Shown: positions 38,090-49,449 of the stretch, piece after piece
Position numbering within the stretch: position 1 is the stretch's first letter
How the letters are laid out: each line of letters opens with the position of its first letter
Assembly: GCF_036321535.1 (NCBI RefSeq)
Contig: NC_087437.1
Coordinates: 69,566,001 to 69,630,000, forward strand
DNA from: Camelus dromedarius
Taxonomy: Eukaryota
DNA length: 64,000 nucleotides
Reading direction: 5' to 3'
Translations under genes and position numbers: made by a program
The notes under the pieces: model-generated
What the model saw: only the letters and a program-made list of their open reading frames with translations
Told to the model about the DNA's origin: nothing
Databases searched by the model: none

Positions 38090-38440
38090 TAACTCATTAT
38101 TCAACTAATGCTTGATAAGTATAATATTCAAAACTTAACTGATTTTGTGAGATTTAAAGAAGAATCAGACATAAATCCTATCCCCTAGAAGTTTACTATC
38201 TATAAGAAGTGATAAAAGCTATGTAAAAACCAAATACAATAAGACACAGAGAGTAATAGGTACCATAAGAGGGGTTCACTTAGGTATAATGAAAGCTCAA
38301 AGAACAGAGCAAAAACTACCAATTGGAGACTATCAGGAAAACCTTTGTAATTGAAAAGGCATATAAGATGAACATTAAAGAATGAGTAGGGTTTGTACTG
38401 GAAGAGACATCATAGGTATAGGGACAGCCTGAGCAAAGGC
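38090..38440 (-). mobile_element. LINE2 3' fragment
   Basis: attcaactaatgcttg...cctatcccctagaagtttactatcta...atcaggaaaaccttt. Confidence 0.6.
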
Positions 38441-39459
38441 CTCCATCTCTTGCACCTGTACTCTGAGTAAGGTTAAAAGCCAAAAGCCTCTTAAACCGAT
38501 TGAAACTAGACGTATCCAATATACCCTCACTCAAATCCAGTCTTATAATGAAGTTCAAATTCAATAAGCATATAGGTGATGAGATGGGTCCTTCGTGTGA
38601 TGACAAATAAGATCATTCTGTTTGATCACCTACCTTAGTAACTAGAGTATATCCAAACATCTTTTAGCTGCCTCTAAATTCAAATCTACCCTCAGGTGAT
38701 AATTTGCCACCCTTGAGGAAATTCAAGTGAATAAATGAGTCTTTGAGGGCAATTCTCAAAGAATTCCCTAATTTTTAGCAATGGTGGTATCATTAGAACA
38801 AGTGTATAAATTCACAACATGTCTGTTTTAAAGCCAGCAACCATATGTGTGAATTATACATCTGCAAAAATTATTAAGATTACATCATGTTGCTTAATAG
38901 TTGCACTTAAAAGCGTATTATTTCTGGATTCCTTGTTACTGTGAACCATAGGGACCTTGGCCTCACACAACCAAAGTGTTCAGGTCATTTTAGGGAGGAA
39001 AATAATGAAAAGGAAAATAAGAAAAAACCTTTAAATATACAGATAACCTGCATCCTCCTCTCATTCATATTGCTCAGTAGCAATTTAGTCCCTGGCTAAT
39101 GTATTACTCATAATTTATTGCAAATTTATCAAACCTCAGTAGCTCAGAAACCTAGTAGCTTATGGATGATCCTCTAATTAGTGGAATTAGAGGATGATAC
39201 TGTTTCCTTTGATTAATTGGCACATGTGGAGACTGAGTGCCCTCTGAGGCCTTTCATTTGCATATTAAGTTACCACATCTCAATGTGCTGAAATCCAAAT
39301 GGCTGGGGGTTCAAACTACTCATGTGAAGGCAATGTCCTGTGGATCTAATTAAATCACTGCATTCTCACCCTTTTCCCTTCTTTACCCTCTTTGGCACAA
39401 ATTTCCAAGGAGTAACCTAAAAGTTAAAAAAAAATGAAAAAGGAATGAACAGTTTATGA

Positions 39460-39670
39460 ATATGTAGCAATTTACCATTTACAAATTCTTTTCACATATA
39501 TTATCCCATTTAACTCTCTCAACAACCCTCTTGAGGACACGCCGCTCAATTCCCATTTTATAAATAGATAGATTGATAGGCCTTCCAATTTACAAGGTGG
39601 TAATTGATCAAGCTGGGACTCATACCTGAATCTTCTTACTCAAGGTCTTATCTATCTTCACTATGCCAGT
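39460..39670 (-). mobile_element. MIR
   Basis: tttcacatatattatcccatttaactctctcaacaaccctcttgagg...cccatttta. Confidence 0.75.
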
Positions 39671-40099
39671 TTGTGTCATTAGGGAATTACCCCAAATTAT
39701 ATAATAAAAGACATGAAGAAAATGATATTATTCCAACCCTGGTCATCTTCTGCACAAACTGCCATTATATTCATGGCTTTTGCGGAAAGGAATCTGCTAG
39801 ATGGAATTAGTAAAAAGAGAGTTTAAACATACTATGGGGGAAATGGTGTTCAATGAGAGCCAATATGGAGGAGATTATTACTTTTATATTCTCCATCCCA
39901 GGACTTCAAGCCCAGACTGGATGACTACTTGATTGCAGTGCCAATTCTAAAGTCACGTATTCAAATGTCACACACTCAAATGCGTGATCGGGCAAGTGGA
40001 TTATTAAGGTCTCATTGCTGAGTTTCTGTGGTTTTAAAACAGCATAGCATACCACATTACTGGATCAAAAAAAATTCCAGGCCAGTGCCTTTTCTGGGC

Positions 40100-41194
40100 A
40101 TTTGTCAGAGCCTGGACACAAATAAGGGAGTTATTTTAGACAGCGGGTAGTTCCAGTAGCCAAAAGCTATGCAGCCATCTTCTGGGCACCTGTCACAAAG
40201 CACATTATCTTTGCTGGATAGAAGCAAGAGAGTATATTTGGAAGGATTTAATAAAGGTTCTGAAGGACTCTATTGGTATAAATGCCTATTATTGTTGTCA
40301 GTGTTATTTAAGAACAGCAGGAGGGAGGCATTTCAAATAGAAGTTCAGCTTCTATTCCCAGAAGCCTCTCCAGATCCAGCACTGCTGTGGTCTTCAAGCA
40401 ATCTGTGAAACTGGCCTCCAGGAAGGGAGTGAAGGAGGAGAGATACCCCATGTGGTATTCTGGTTGCTAGTGCAGAGTCGGTTAGGGACTGTGTTTAGTT
40501 ACTGAGTGGCTTCTCCTTCTGGTCCTATTGCTGGAAATGAGGCCCCCTTCATTAGCAGCATGGGGTGGATGGGGGCAAAGCTAGATCAGCTTCCTTAGGG
40601 GTGATATACACTGTGAATATGCTTCAAGTCAGACCCATCTGAAAGAAAACATGCTTTTCTTAGTGTGTCTCACTGTGAATTCTGAAAGATGCCCGCAACC
40701 TGAAGCTGTGGCCCATCCTGGAAGATGGACATGGGTCTGTATCTCTAGGAGGGGCGTGGAGAGATACTGGCACAGTGTCCTTCAGTTTCTCCATAAGATA
40801 AAATAGTGCGAGGGTGGCCAGCCCACTGTGATTTGGTGCTTCCTAGCTCATTTTCCACTGCATGTTCTGATGTTAAGAAGTTCCAAAACATCACATCTGC
40901 ATGGAAATGACAACACGAGAGGATCTCAGGAGAAAAACCGTGTTGTTTAATGGCCTAGATCTAGATTTTCTCCACCACCGCTCTTCTCTCAGCTCCTCTC
41001 GGTCCCTCTAAAATATCATCTGCCTCTTGATGATGCCAGCTCCCTCACCTAGTTAAGCTGCTGCTGCACAGGAGACCTGGGGCTTGATGGCAGACAGGTT
41101 TAACGTGGCTCGCACAGAGCAGTCAAGTTTGGCGTGTAGGAGGCTGCTGGGGAGGTGTTACCGCAGGCGCAGGCACGTTAGCTGATTGAAGTTG
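40100..41194 (-). pseudogene. Probable decayed exons starting near 41194 and 40415
   Basis: gtcagttcacag|C reads NFNQLTCLRLR*HLPSSLLHAKLDC...IIKRQMIF*RDREELREERWW. A second pyrimidine tract precedes ASFTDCLKTTAVLDLERLLGIEAELLFEMPP. Confidence 0.4.
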
Positions 41195-41745
41195 CTGTGA
41201 ACTGACAGCGAATGGGGGCGCTTTCTTTGATAGCTCTTTCATTTTGGGTGCAGCTGGATTTTAAAAAAAAATTTTTTTTTCCTCTATGGGAGAAAAAAGA
41301 ATGATTTTTTTTTTCTTTGCTTGCCTTTTATTAACAGTTGATTCTAGGGTATTCCTGAGGCAATATTTTGACAGGCATTACATTGTCTGGTTAAACCCTT
41401 GCTGGTAACTCTTTAAGCCCCTCTTCTAGATGGTGAATATGCTGGGCGTCAGGTGCAGCTGGAGAGCAGTGCCGACCACGTGCTGGCAATGGCACTGTGA
41501 AGTCTCTTAAAGGATGGGGGTGGTGGGGGACACCGGATGGAAAGCTGGCTGAAACATGCTGGCTGGAAAAGGTAAGTGCTGATTTGGGGGGTGCCTAAAA
41601 GAGCCAGCATGTGCCGGGAGCACTCTCCTTAGGAGAAGTGAGAGTAGAACTGGAATTCCAAAGGCGTACCAGGCCCCGCCCATTTCCCCTGCATTTGGAT
41701 TAGTAAAGAAAAGCCACCCTTCAGAATTAAACTAAAATACGAAAT

Positions 41746-42177
41746 CTTTAAGGGTTACTAGGCTGCCATCACAGAGTGCCACAGACGAGGTGATATGAAC
41801 CACAGAAATTTATTTTCTCACAGTTCTGGGGGTCAGAAATCTGCATCAGGATATCAGCAGAGCTGGATCCTTGAGGGCTGTGAGGGAAGGATCTGTTCCA
41901 GGCCTCACTCCTTAGCTTTTTTTTTTTTCTCCCTGTGTCTTCACCTCACCTTCCCTCTGTATGTTTTGTGTCCACATTTCCTTTTTATAAGGACACCAGT
42001 CATATTGGATTAGGGCCAACCCTAATATCATTTTAATTTAATTACCTCTTTAAATACCCCATTTCCAAATACAGTCACATTCTGAGGTATAGCATGTCAG
42101 AATTTCAACATATGAATTTGCCAGGGCATTGGGTTGGGGGTGCAGGGGCAGACCCCTCACAATTCAGCCTCAAACAG
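41746..42177 (-). mobile_element. MLT1B MaLR solo LTR
   Basis: agaaatttattttctcacagttctgg, ggctgtgagggaaggatctgttccaggcctc, ataaggacaccagtcatattggattagggcc. Confidence 0.92.
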
Positions 42178-42429
42178 TAAGGGATACAAATCTTCAGTTT
42201 GGTGTGGGGCATGTTTAACCAGTCAGCATGGTTTAGAGCCTGAAATGCTAGCTCCCTGTATCTCTTTCTGTTTCTGTGGCCACCAGAACATTTCATGGAG
42301 TGTCTCTCTCTGTGAGTGGGGAACCTATCATTCATGGTCAGATCATTGGAGTCCCATGGCATTCTACCTAAATTCCAGACTGCAATAAGGCAATGAGTTC
42401 AACTTGTTGGAATAGATCTATAATAATAG

Positions 42430-42705
42430 CAGAAGTAATAGTACTAGCAATGATAAAATTGTAACAGCAGCTACCTTTTAGCAAGTGTTTATTGTGTGCC
42501 TGTCTCAATGCCAAATACTTCTATGTATTATCTCATTTCGGCCTCATTACAAGCCTATGAGGTAGACAGAATTATCACCATATTATTATAGATGAGGAAA
42601 TGAAGGCACAGAGAGGCTACGTATCTGGTCCAAGTTCAAAGGGTTAGTTAGATGCAGAGCTGTGTTCTGCCTAAACCAATTGCCATGCTCTTAATTGCTA
42701 CACTT
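42430..42705 (-). mobile_element. MIR
   Basis: cctatgaggtag...attatagatgaggaaatgaaggcacagagagg. Confidence 0.85.
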
Positions 42706-42843
42706 TCTTGTATGGGACAAACCATTTCCTAAATCAGGCTTTTAAAACTGTCTTTTAATTACAAAACCCTCTATTTTTCTTACATTGAGCTCTATTATAT
42801 TGCACAGATATACAACATATAAGTCAGGAGAGGGATACAGAAC

Positions 42844-43043
42844 CTGTCCATGCTGTCTCCCCATCTTCTTGGCGTATCTATTCATTTGAAAACCACAGCC
42901 CCACAGCCCAGATCATGCCTTAAGTCCTTCCACTTTTGGAATCTCTTCCTTGAAAGCCTTGAACGCTGTCTCATCTGCTCTGATTTCCTTCTCTTCCCTC
43001 TAAACCTTATATGTCTGTATCTTGCTCAAGAAAGACTCTGGGG
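42844..43043 (-). pseudogene. Decayed exon, starts in phase 1
   Basis: ttatggattttag|CC. Reads (A)PESFLSKIQTYKV*REEKEIRADETAFKAFKEEIPKVEGLKA*. Donor CAG|gttctg. Confidence 0.5.
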
Positions 43044-44255
43044 CTAAAATCCATAATAACTTGCCCAATGTATTTTATGCAGCCCTTAAACTAGATTATT
43101 AGTGGCATCTAGTTACAGAAATAAAATAGCGAGGCCAAATTAAGAGCATAGAATATTGTAGATTATTGCTAAGGAGAATATAAGCATCTAGATCGAGAGA
43201 CCTTTCTAGAACCCGTATCCTAAATACAGGATGTGGTTTGCTGAGGAAGGAGAGGGAGCAATTATAAGGCACCCCTCCAGGTCTAGTGCTGAGTGCTCAG
43301 TGTGGGATTTATCGTTTATTCCCTGTAGCCCATGGGGAGGCCTGCACACCTCCTGGCCTCACTTCTACCAGCTTCCCCTGATAGTAGGAACGCCCAGGAA
43401 TTGATCTCATTCAAGGGGAAAAGTTGTTTCATTTGGAGATAAAAATAAGAAAAGCGCTTAACGCTTCACTTGCTGAATCGTCTGCAGGAAAAACAGCCTT
43501 TGCAGCCACCCGTCTGCAGAAACGAATCCTGCTACGGAATATTATCTTCTCATCCTCTCTGCCATATGTTCAGGCAATCTGTGTTTCACAGTCTATATTA
43601 ATGCACTGAGTCAGAGGCAGTGGGGTTCAGTGGGCCAAGCAACAGCCTGGAAAATGGAGGGGTGTGAGTTCTAATTCTGTCCTTCCCCCCAGCTTGCTGG
43701 CTGACCTTCAGGGAAGTTGCATCAGCTTCATGCTGCCCTCCATTTCCTGCTCAGTTGTCACACATGACTTACAATGTCTGAGCAAACTGAGGAAAATACT
43801 AACAATGTTGGTGTAGAATTCCACAAATATCTTTGAAGCTTTTAAGTGCCCTCCCTTTAAAATCACTGTTATGAACCCAACAAAGATCCTTAAAAAAAGA
43901 TTCCTACCTTTCAGTCATTTGTTATCTAGTTGTAAAATATTTATAAGATTTGTTAGAATCAACTCTCAATACAACACCTCAGATTCTTCATAAAATGATC
44001 CAAAGTATGTATGTATACATATACATAGGAATGAATACACAAAAAGTAATTACTTTCATCTCAGAAACAGTGTAACAGGCTCAGAAATGGTTATTACTAC
44101 ATCTCTGGCAATAGTAGAGTTTTCCTTACCCTCTCCCTTTCAGGGGCCAAAAGAGCTCCCTGCCCCTCTCACCCTGCTCTTGGGCAACTTGAGCACCACA
44201 TACCTGAAAGTATTGGACCAAAGATGGGGGCGACATAGAGGTAGTAGGCAAGGAC

Positions 44256-44469
44256 CTTCCATAACAAGGTGATGATTGTTACAGCTGGAAATCATATAGT
44301 TTAGGAGAGTGTTTTTGAAAGCTGTCCTCTATAAGAGGGTCACCATGTCTTCCAGAAAAAGGTATGGTCTTGCCATATACACTAAGCTACAAGGATGTTA
44401 CCAGGGCTTTGAGATAGAAGCAACTGAATCATTACGTTCATTGAAATTATACCACACAGGCATTTGAAA
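44256..44469 (-). pseudogene. Decayed exon, 214 nt, phase 0-1
   Basis: T-run then catatcag|TTT. Reads FQMPVWYNFNERNDSVASISKPW*HPCSLVYMARPYLFLEDMVTLL*RTAFKNTLLNYMISSCNNHHLVME. Weak donor GAAG|gtcctt. Confidence 0.5.
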
Positions 44470-44566
44470 CTGATATGAAAAAAAATTCCTCAGCCCCTTT
44501 GTCCTGACACAGAACTCACAGTTTTGACATACTTGTCATGTAATGGCAAAAACTATTGGTAAATTA

Positions 44567-44689
44567 TATGGTATTTTACTTTCTCTTTCTAGCTTGCTTC
44601 ACTCAGTATGGTAATCTCTAGGTCCACTATGCTGTACACCAGAAATTAACACAACATTGTAAATTGACTATACTTCAATTAAAAAAAAA
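44567..44689 (+). mobile_element. Short 5'-inverted L1 insertion (twin-priming structure)
   Basis: Antisense L1 3'UTR piece (atatggtatttt...ctctaggtcca) joined to the sense terminus ctatgctgtacaccagaaattaacacaacattgtaaattgactatacttcaatt and a polyA. Confidence 0.8.
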
Positions 44690-45275
44690 CAAGAAAACTG
44701 GTGAATTAGCTATTGTCCCCTGTGTTCCTGGGAGGGTCAGATGGTTCTGTCCAGTTGCCACAGGTGTATTTGGGCTTAGGTCTTCACAAAGAAGAGATTA
44801 AAAATAAAAAGTAAATATATCGGTGATAGGTCCTCCAGACACTTAGGAAGAAGTTTGGGGACAGGATAGAATTGACAAGGTTTCACTGAATGTTAGGTGG
44901 GTCAATGGCCACAAAGTGCTCAAGTTAATAATTTCCTAAACAGGCTCTGTTTCCAGTATAAGCCATTTACACAGTCACTTGTATCCCTTGGGAATGAATG
45001 TCATGTGGAATGGATCCTGCGTCAGTAGAGCTTCCTGGTGTTCTCATATGAGCTCTGACCTCTTATGGGTACTAGACTTCTTCAGATAAAAATGTCAGGC
45101 ACCTAATGCCCATCATGAGTATCTTTATCCCTCATAAATTACTTAGATAATTTAAGTTTCTGTAAGATATTAACACAAAAAAAATGGAGATAGCTTCAGG
45201 GTACTCAAAATGAAATTGGACAATTGTAAATGTCTAAGATATTAATTTTGATTGTAAATGTTTCTTAGGGATACA

Positions 45276-46241
45276 GTCAGACTGGGCCTCTCAAAAAGCT
45301 GAGTTAAAGTAGGTTTACAAGTTCCAGAAGGCTTATGGCATCTGAAGGGTATTGGACTGACTTCTTTGAGAAGTCTGTAAGGGGAGTTGGGGACTGAAGG
45401 CATGAATATCTTTAATCCAAGGAACATTTGAAGATTCTTATGTGCTAGAGTTAAATCTAGATTGATATATTTTATTGGAAAGTAGCTAAAGAATTGCAAA
45501 GGTTTTAACTATAAGTCCCCAACATTTTCTTTCCCTTTCTGCCTTTTGGATTTCTTCTATCGTGGAAGCAAGCTGACATGGACCTAAATCCAAATCTTCA
45601 GTGAATCTTTCATAAGGGATATCTTTAGAACACGAGTATCTTCTACCAAAAAATGTTTCCTATCTAAGAGTAGAGGTGGGCAGGCAGCTGGATGTCAGGA
45701 GTCAAGTAAAGTCTATGGTGCAGAAATAGTGGATTTAGCAGGGTTAGACACTCATTTGTGTCAATTGGGCAAGCCAGATTGCCAGATCTGAAAATATCAC
45801 AAACATTAAGAAGCATTTCTCCTCTGTGCATTCAGGTCATTTGGAAGTGACTAGCTGAACTACAATAGAAGATTCTCTCTTTTAGGGTTATTTTTCCATA
45901 ATGACAGAGTCACTCATTCTTAGATAGGACTCCTACTACATAAGATCTTTCTTGCACAACTCTGTATGCAGGTGCAGGCTCCAAACTCCTGATCTCAGAT
46001 ACTTCAGTGCTTTACTGAATCTTCCCCTCCGGTCAGATTGTAAGTTTTCCAATATAGCTATATGGAGATAATAATCATGGGAGAGGTCACAAGCTCCTCC
46101 TGAAAGTTATTGTAGAGGGTCTTAAGTCTCCAGGTGAAGTTCTGGGCAAGAAGGTATATCACTGTCGCCAACATTTGAACTGAGTTACACCCGATATATG
46201 ACACAGTTTAATTTTTCCTCCTTGGCAGTAGTTTGAATTTT
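45276..46241 (-). pseudogene. Cluster of three probable decayed exons starting at 46241, 45663 and 45374
   Basis: Acceptors ttttattag|, cctctactcttag| and ccccaactccccttacag|. Peptides QMLATVIYLLAQNFTWRLKTLYNNFQEEL, IPYERFTEDLDLGPCQLASTIEEIQK and DFSKKSVQYPSDAISLLELVNLL. Donors are degraded. Confidence 0.45.
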
Positions 46242-46357
46242 CTAATAAAACTTTTGAAAAAAAGGTCTGATGCTGGTCTAATAAGGGTATTGGGGATTTA
46301 TGCAAGGATTTTGCTCCTTTGACCTGCTCAAGTAGTTGAATAAAAGAGGCCACTCAC

Positions 46358-46575
46358 CTTTTCAGAATCAGTAGGATTCACGTTGGAGATTTGTGTTGGA
46401 GGCAACTCGAGTTACATAAGCTCCCTGTCCAGCCAAGAAGGCAGGATGTAGGTTCCATCAGAGCAGCAAGAAGAGAGACTTCCCTTTGTTGCAGTTGTTC
46501 TTACAAAGTACCTGGCTCATTCCAGCATATGCCTCAGATCTCAACTGAGGTAGCATTTTTTCCAGAAAGTTTTAT
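46358..46575 (-). pseudogene. Decayed exon, 218 nt, starts in phase 2
   Basis: (tg)n-tatgttatcag|A with consensus donor AAAG|gtgagt. Reads *NFLEKMLPQLRSEAYAGMSQVLCKNN... Confidence 0.6.
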
Positions 46576-46581
46576 CTGATA

Positions 46582-46585
<4 letters not shown>

Positions 46586-46647
<62 letters not shown>
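46586..46647. repeat. (CA)~31 microsatellite
   Basis: Perfect CA run. Confidence 0.98.
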
Positions 46648-46649
<2 letters not shown>

Positions 46650-46689
46650 GCCTGCTGGGTTAGCACTCCTTCTGCCACTGACAATATTA

Positions 46690-46845
46690 CAGTGACTTTT
46701 TAAAATATCTTCTCCCATTCCCAACTGTAAGTTCCCTGAGGTTAAGTACCATGCTGCTTTTGTTCATTGTTAATATAGTGTCTAGTCTACAGTAGATGCC
46801 TAATGAATACTTATAAATGGATGGGTTAAGGGAATGAATGAATTC
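46690..46845 (+). mobile_element. LINE2 3' end
   Basis: actgtaagttccctgagg...cagtagatgcctaatgaatac...gaatgaatgaat. Confidence 0.75.
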
Positions 46846-47320
46846 TGATACCACTTCTATTTTTGTAGGATTCAAACATGGTCTACTGAGCTGTTTTAGT
46901 AAAGAAGTTATTAGGATTAAGCCAGGAACATAGATAAAACAATTATAATTCTAGAGAAGTAGCCAAAAAAAAAAAAAACCCACAGATAAATCCTATTCAA
47001 GATGCAAAGATTGAGCTTCAGGTCAAGATTTATCACCCAGTTATAAGATAAAATATCAGAAACATTAAGAAGCAAACAGGTAGAAGAGCAAAGCCAAAAT
47101 CAAGTACAGAAGGCCCGGAATAAAGTACCAAGTACCAAGGACCAGGTGGATTCATAAAGTTAGGAACCAGCAGAAGCCAATCTGGCAGCAGGATATGATG
47201 CACTGAAGAGGAAGAATTATGGAGCTACTTTAAAAGACTGAGTCAGTGTCTTCCTCTTTGATCAGAGACTGTCATAAAGGTAGAGCATCTAATAAATGCT
47301 GGGCTCTAGTAAAAGAATAC

Positions 47321-47615
47321 CTTTTCTTTGCCAGCCATCTTAAAGTCATGCATTTTATTAAAAACACATTGCCCTTATATTCTAGTCTATATTTGGTCCC
47401 GACATTGAAAGATCTTGGCTTTAGTGCAGCTAGAGCCATGTTCTATCTCAGTGCTGCAGCTGATGTGTCTAAGAGGAACATTTTCCCCAGTCCTCTCTCT
47501 CTCTCTGCATTTGTCTTGTCCATTTCAACTTATCTGGCCCTGTGCTGAATACATCCCTGCATATTTAGAACTTGGTTTTCTTGCTCCCCATGGCAGTATC
47601 CCTATACCTATATAT
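47321..47615 (-). pseudogene. Decayed exon, 295 nt, ends in phase 2
   Basis: cctgcctgtttctccag|AT...AAAAG|gtattc. Reads ENQVLNMQGCIQHRAR*VEMDKTNAERERGLGKMFLLDTSAAALR*NMALAALKPRSFNVGTKYRLEYKGNVFLIKCMTLRWLAKK. Needs a frameshift near its start. Confidence 0.5.
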
Positions 47616-47849
47616 CTGGAGAAACAGGCAGGCCCATTTCATCCCTTCTGTATTATCTCACAGAGCTAAAGACATGAATGCCTGAGGGTGGGGGAGTAGG
47701 TGCAAGGCCCTGTCCCTCAGCAAAAGCCCATTGTGGTTTGTCTGCAGTAAAGCTGTGCTCCCAGGTTGGTTGCCTACTGCAGTCCAGATGCCAGAGATGG
47801 ATGGGGAGAAGTTGCAGATCTTCCAAACAGGGAGGCTCAGAAAATTAAG

Positions 47850-48340
47850 TGAAGGAAGGAAGGAAAGGACAAATATTCATCAAGCACCTTATGAATATAA
47901 TATGTCAGCTGAGAAAAAGAAAGAGGGATTGGAGGATAAGACAGAAAATAATTAAAAATCAAAAGAACAAGATATTCTTAGATTATTAGATGCGATACAA
48001 AAGAAGTGAAATAACTAGGATGATGTAAGAAAAGGTCAAGGGCTGAGGAATGATTGCTTTAGCAGAAGAGCTCAGGGACTCCCTGTCACAGAAGGAGACA
48101 TTTGACCTGAGACCTAAAAGGTAAGAATGGGCCAATCATGGGAAGAAGCAGGCAAAGGGCATTCCAGGCAGGGGGATCAGGAGGACCAACGGAGGCCCCA
48201 GAGCAGGCAAGGACTAAAGAAATAGAAAGCTGGACAATGTGGGTGAAACACTGGGAAGAAGCCACCTGCCATAAGAAGACTTTGGAGGGTGGGCAGAGGC
48301 CAGATGCTGCAAGGACTTATAGGCCAAGGTAAGGAGTTAT
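47850..48340 (-). mobile_element. LINE2 fragment
   Basis: aaatattcatcaagcacct; gacatttgacctgagacctaaaag; ggcattccaggcaggggg. Confidence 0.8.
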
Positions 48341-48388
48341 GCATATTTCATCGTCTTCCCATTTTATTAGGATTCTTTGCAACCTTAC

Positions 48389-48482
48389 CCTTGTTAAGTG
48401 TTTAGTCTCTTCTAGGTCATATTTATGGTGGCTCCGCTACTGTTAGCAGAGTTTGCTAGCTAAAACACTGAGCTCATTTATC
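48389..48482 (-). pseudogene. Decayed exon, 94 nt, phase 2-0
   Basis: ccccaacctttccctcatcag|G...AGG|gtaagg. Reads (R)INELSVLASKLC*Q*RSHHKYDLEETKHLTR. Phase matches the previous exon across a 164-nt intron. Confidence 0.7.
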
Positions 48483-48646
48483 CTGATGAGGGAAAGGTTG
48501 GGGGAAAAGAAACCACAATGGGAGAGAGTGTTGCAGAAAACCCCAAAGTGCTGCGCTAAAAGGGAGTTTGTATTTGGCTGATCATAGGTACATGTACATA
48601 TAAACATAGACAACATTACTCTTTCATCCCATTAAATTTGTCTCAC

Positions 48647-48839
48647 CGATCAGTTTTGCTAGTTAACACTGGTCTGATTCCACTGCATACATACACTGGG
48701 ATGTGTAGAAAATGGCTTGGTGAAAATTTGTTAGAAAATCAACTCAATAATCGAAGTTGATTACACTCCTTTTTCAAAGATAAAATTAAGTAGAAGAGAA
48801 ATGTATGAGGGAAAAATGGGCCGAATTGAATGAGGCAAC
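48647..48839 (-). pseudogene. Decayed exon, 193 nt, phase 1-2
   Basis: cccttctgtttgattctcag|GT...GATCG|gtgaga. Reads CLIQFGPFFPHTFLFYLILSLKKECNQLRLLS*FSNKFSPSHFLHIPVYVCSGIRPVLTSKTD (one stop). Confidence 0.65.
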
Positions 48840-48899
48840 CTGAGAATCAAACAGAAGGGACATCCCCTATGGCTGTCTCTACTGGAGCACAGGTGAGCT

Positions 48900-49140
48900 C
48901 CCATGGTTGAGAAGAGGCTCTTAATCACATTGAAGGAAGTTCCAATCCCCTCTCTACCAATTACCAACCATCTCTATAACTGTGGATAAATTACTTCAGT
49001 TCTCTAACCCCCACTTTCTTCGTCTGTAACATGGGGTTAACAATCTTTTTGCATAGTGTTTTTGTAAAGATTAAATTAAATAATAAAGCACTTCACACAG
49101 AGACAGTATACAATAAGCATCCAGTAATGGCTTCTGCTAT
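48900..49140 (+). mobile_element. MIR
   Basis: ttacttcagttctctaacccccactttcttcgtctgtaacatgggg. Confidence 0.75.
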
Positions 49141-49449
49141 GAGGATAATTGTCTTTATATCTCAAATTCATTTAGTCTGTTGTTTTTTGATTTTACATAC
49201 CTTGCTGTCACCTTATCCTCTTCCTAAATCTGTTCCACAAGAGATCAGGCCCTAAACAAGCTATTGAGCCTGAGAGAACACCCAAGACTTTGAATAAGCA
49301 GAGAAGGGAGGTGGAGTATGAACTGGAAACCAAATGAATGAAATCTTCATTCAATAAAACCTTGTCTTTGTAATATGATTTGTTACTTAATAAGGATGTG
49401 TATTTTAAAATTCATATCATTTCAACTAGGTTATCTCTATTGTTAAGAC

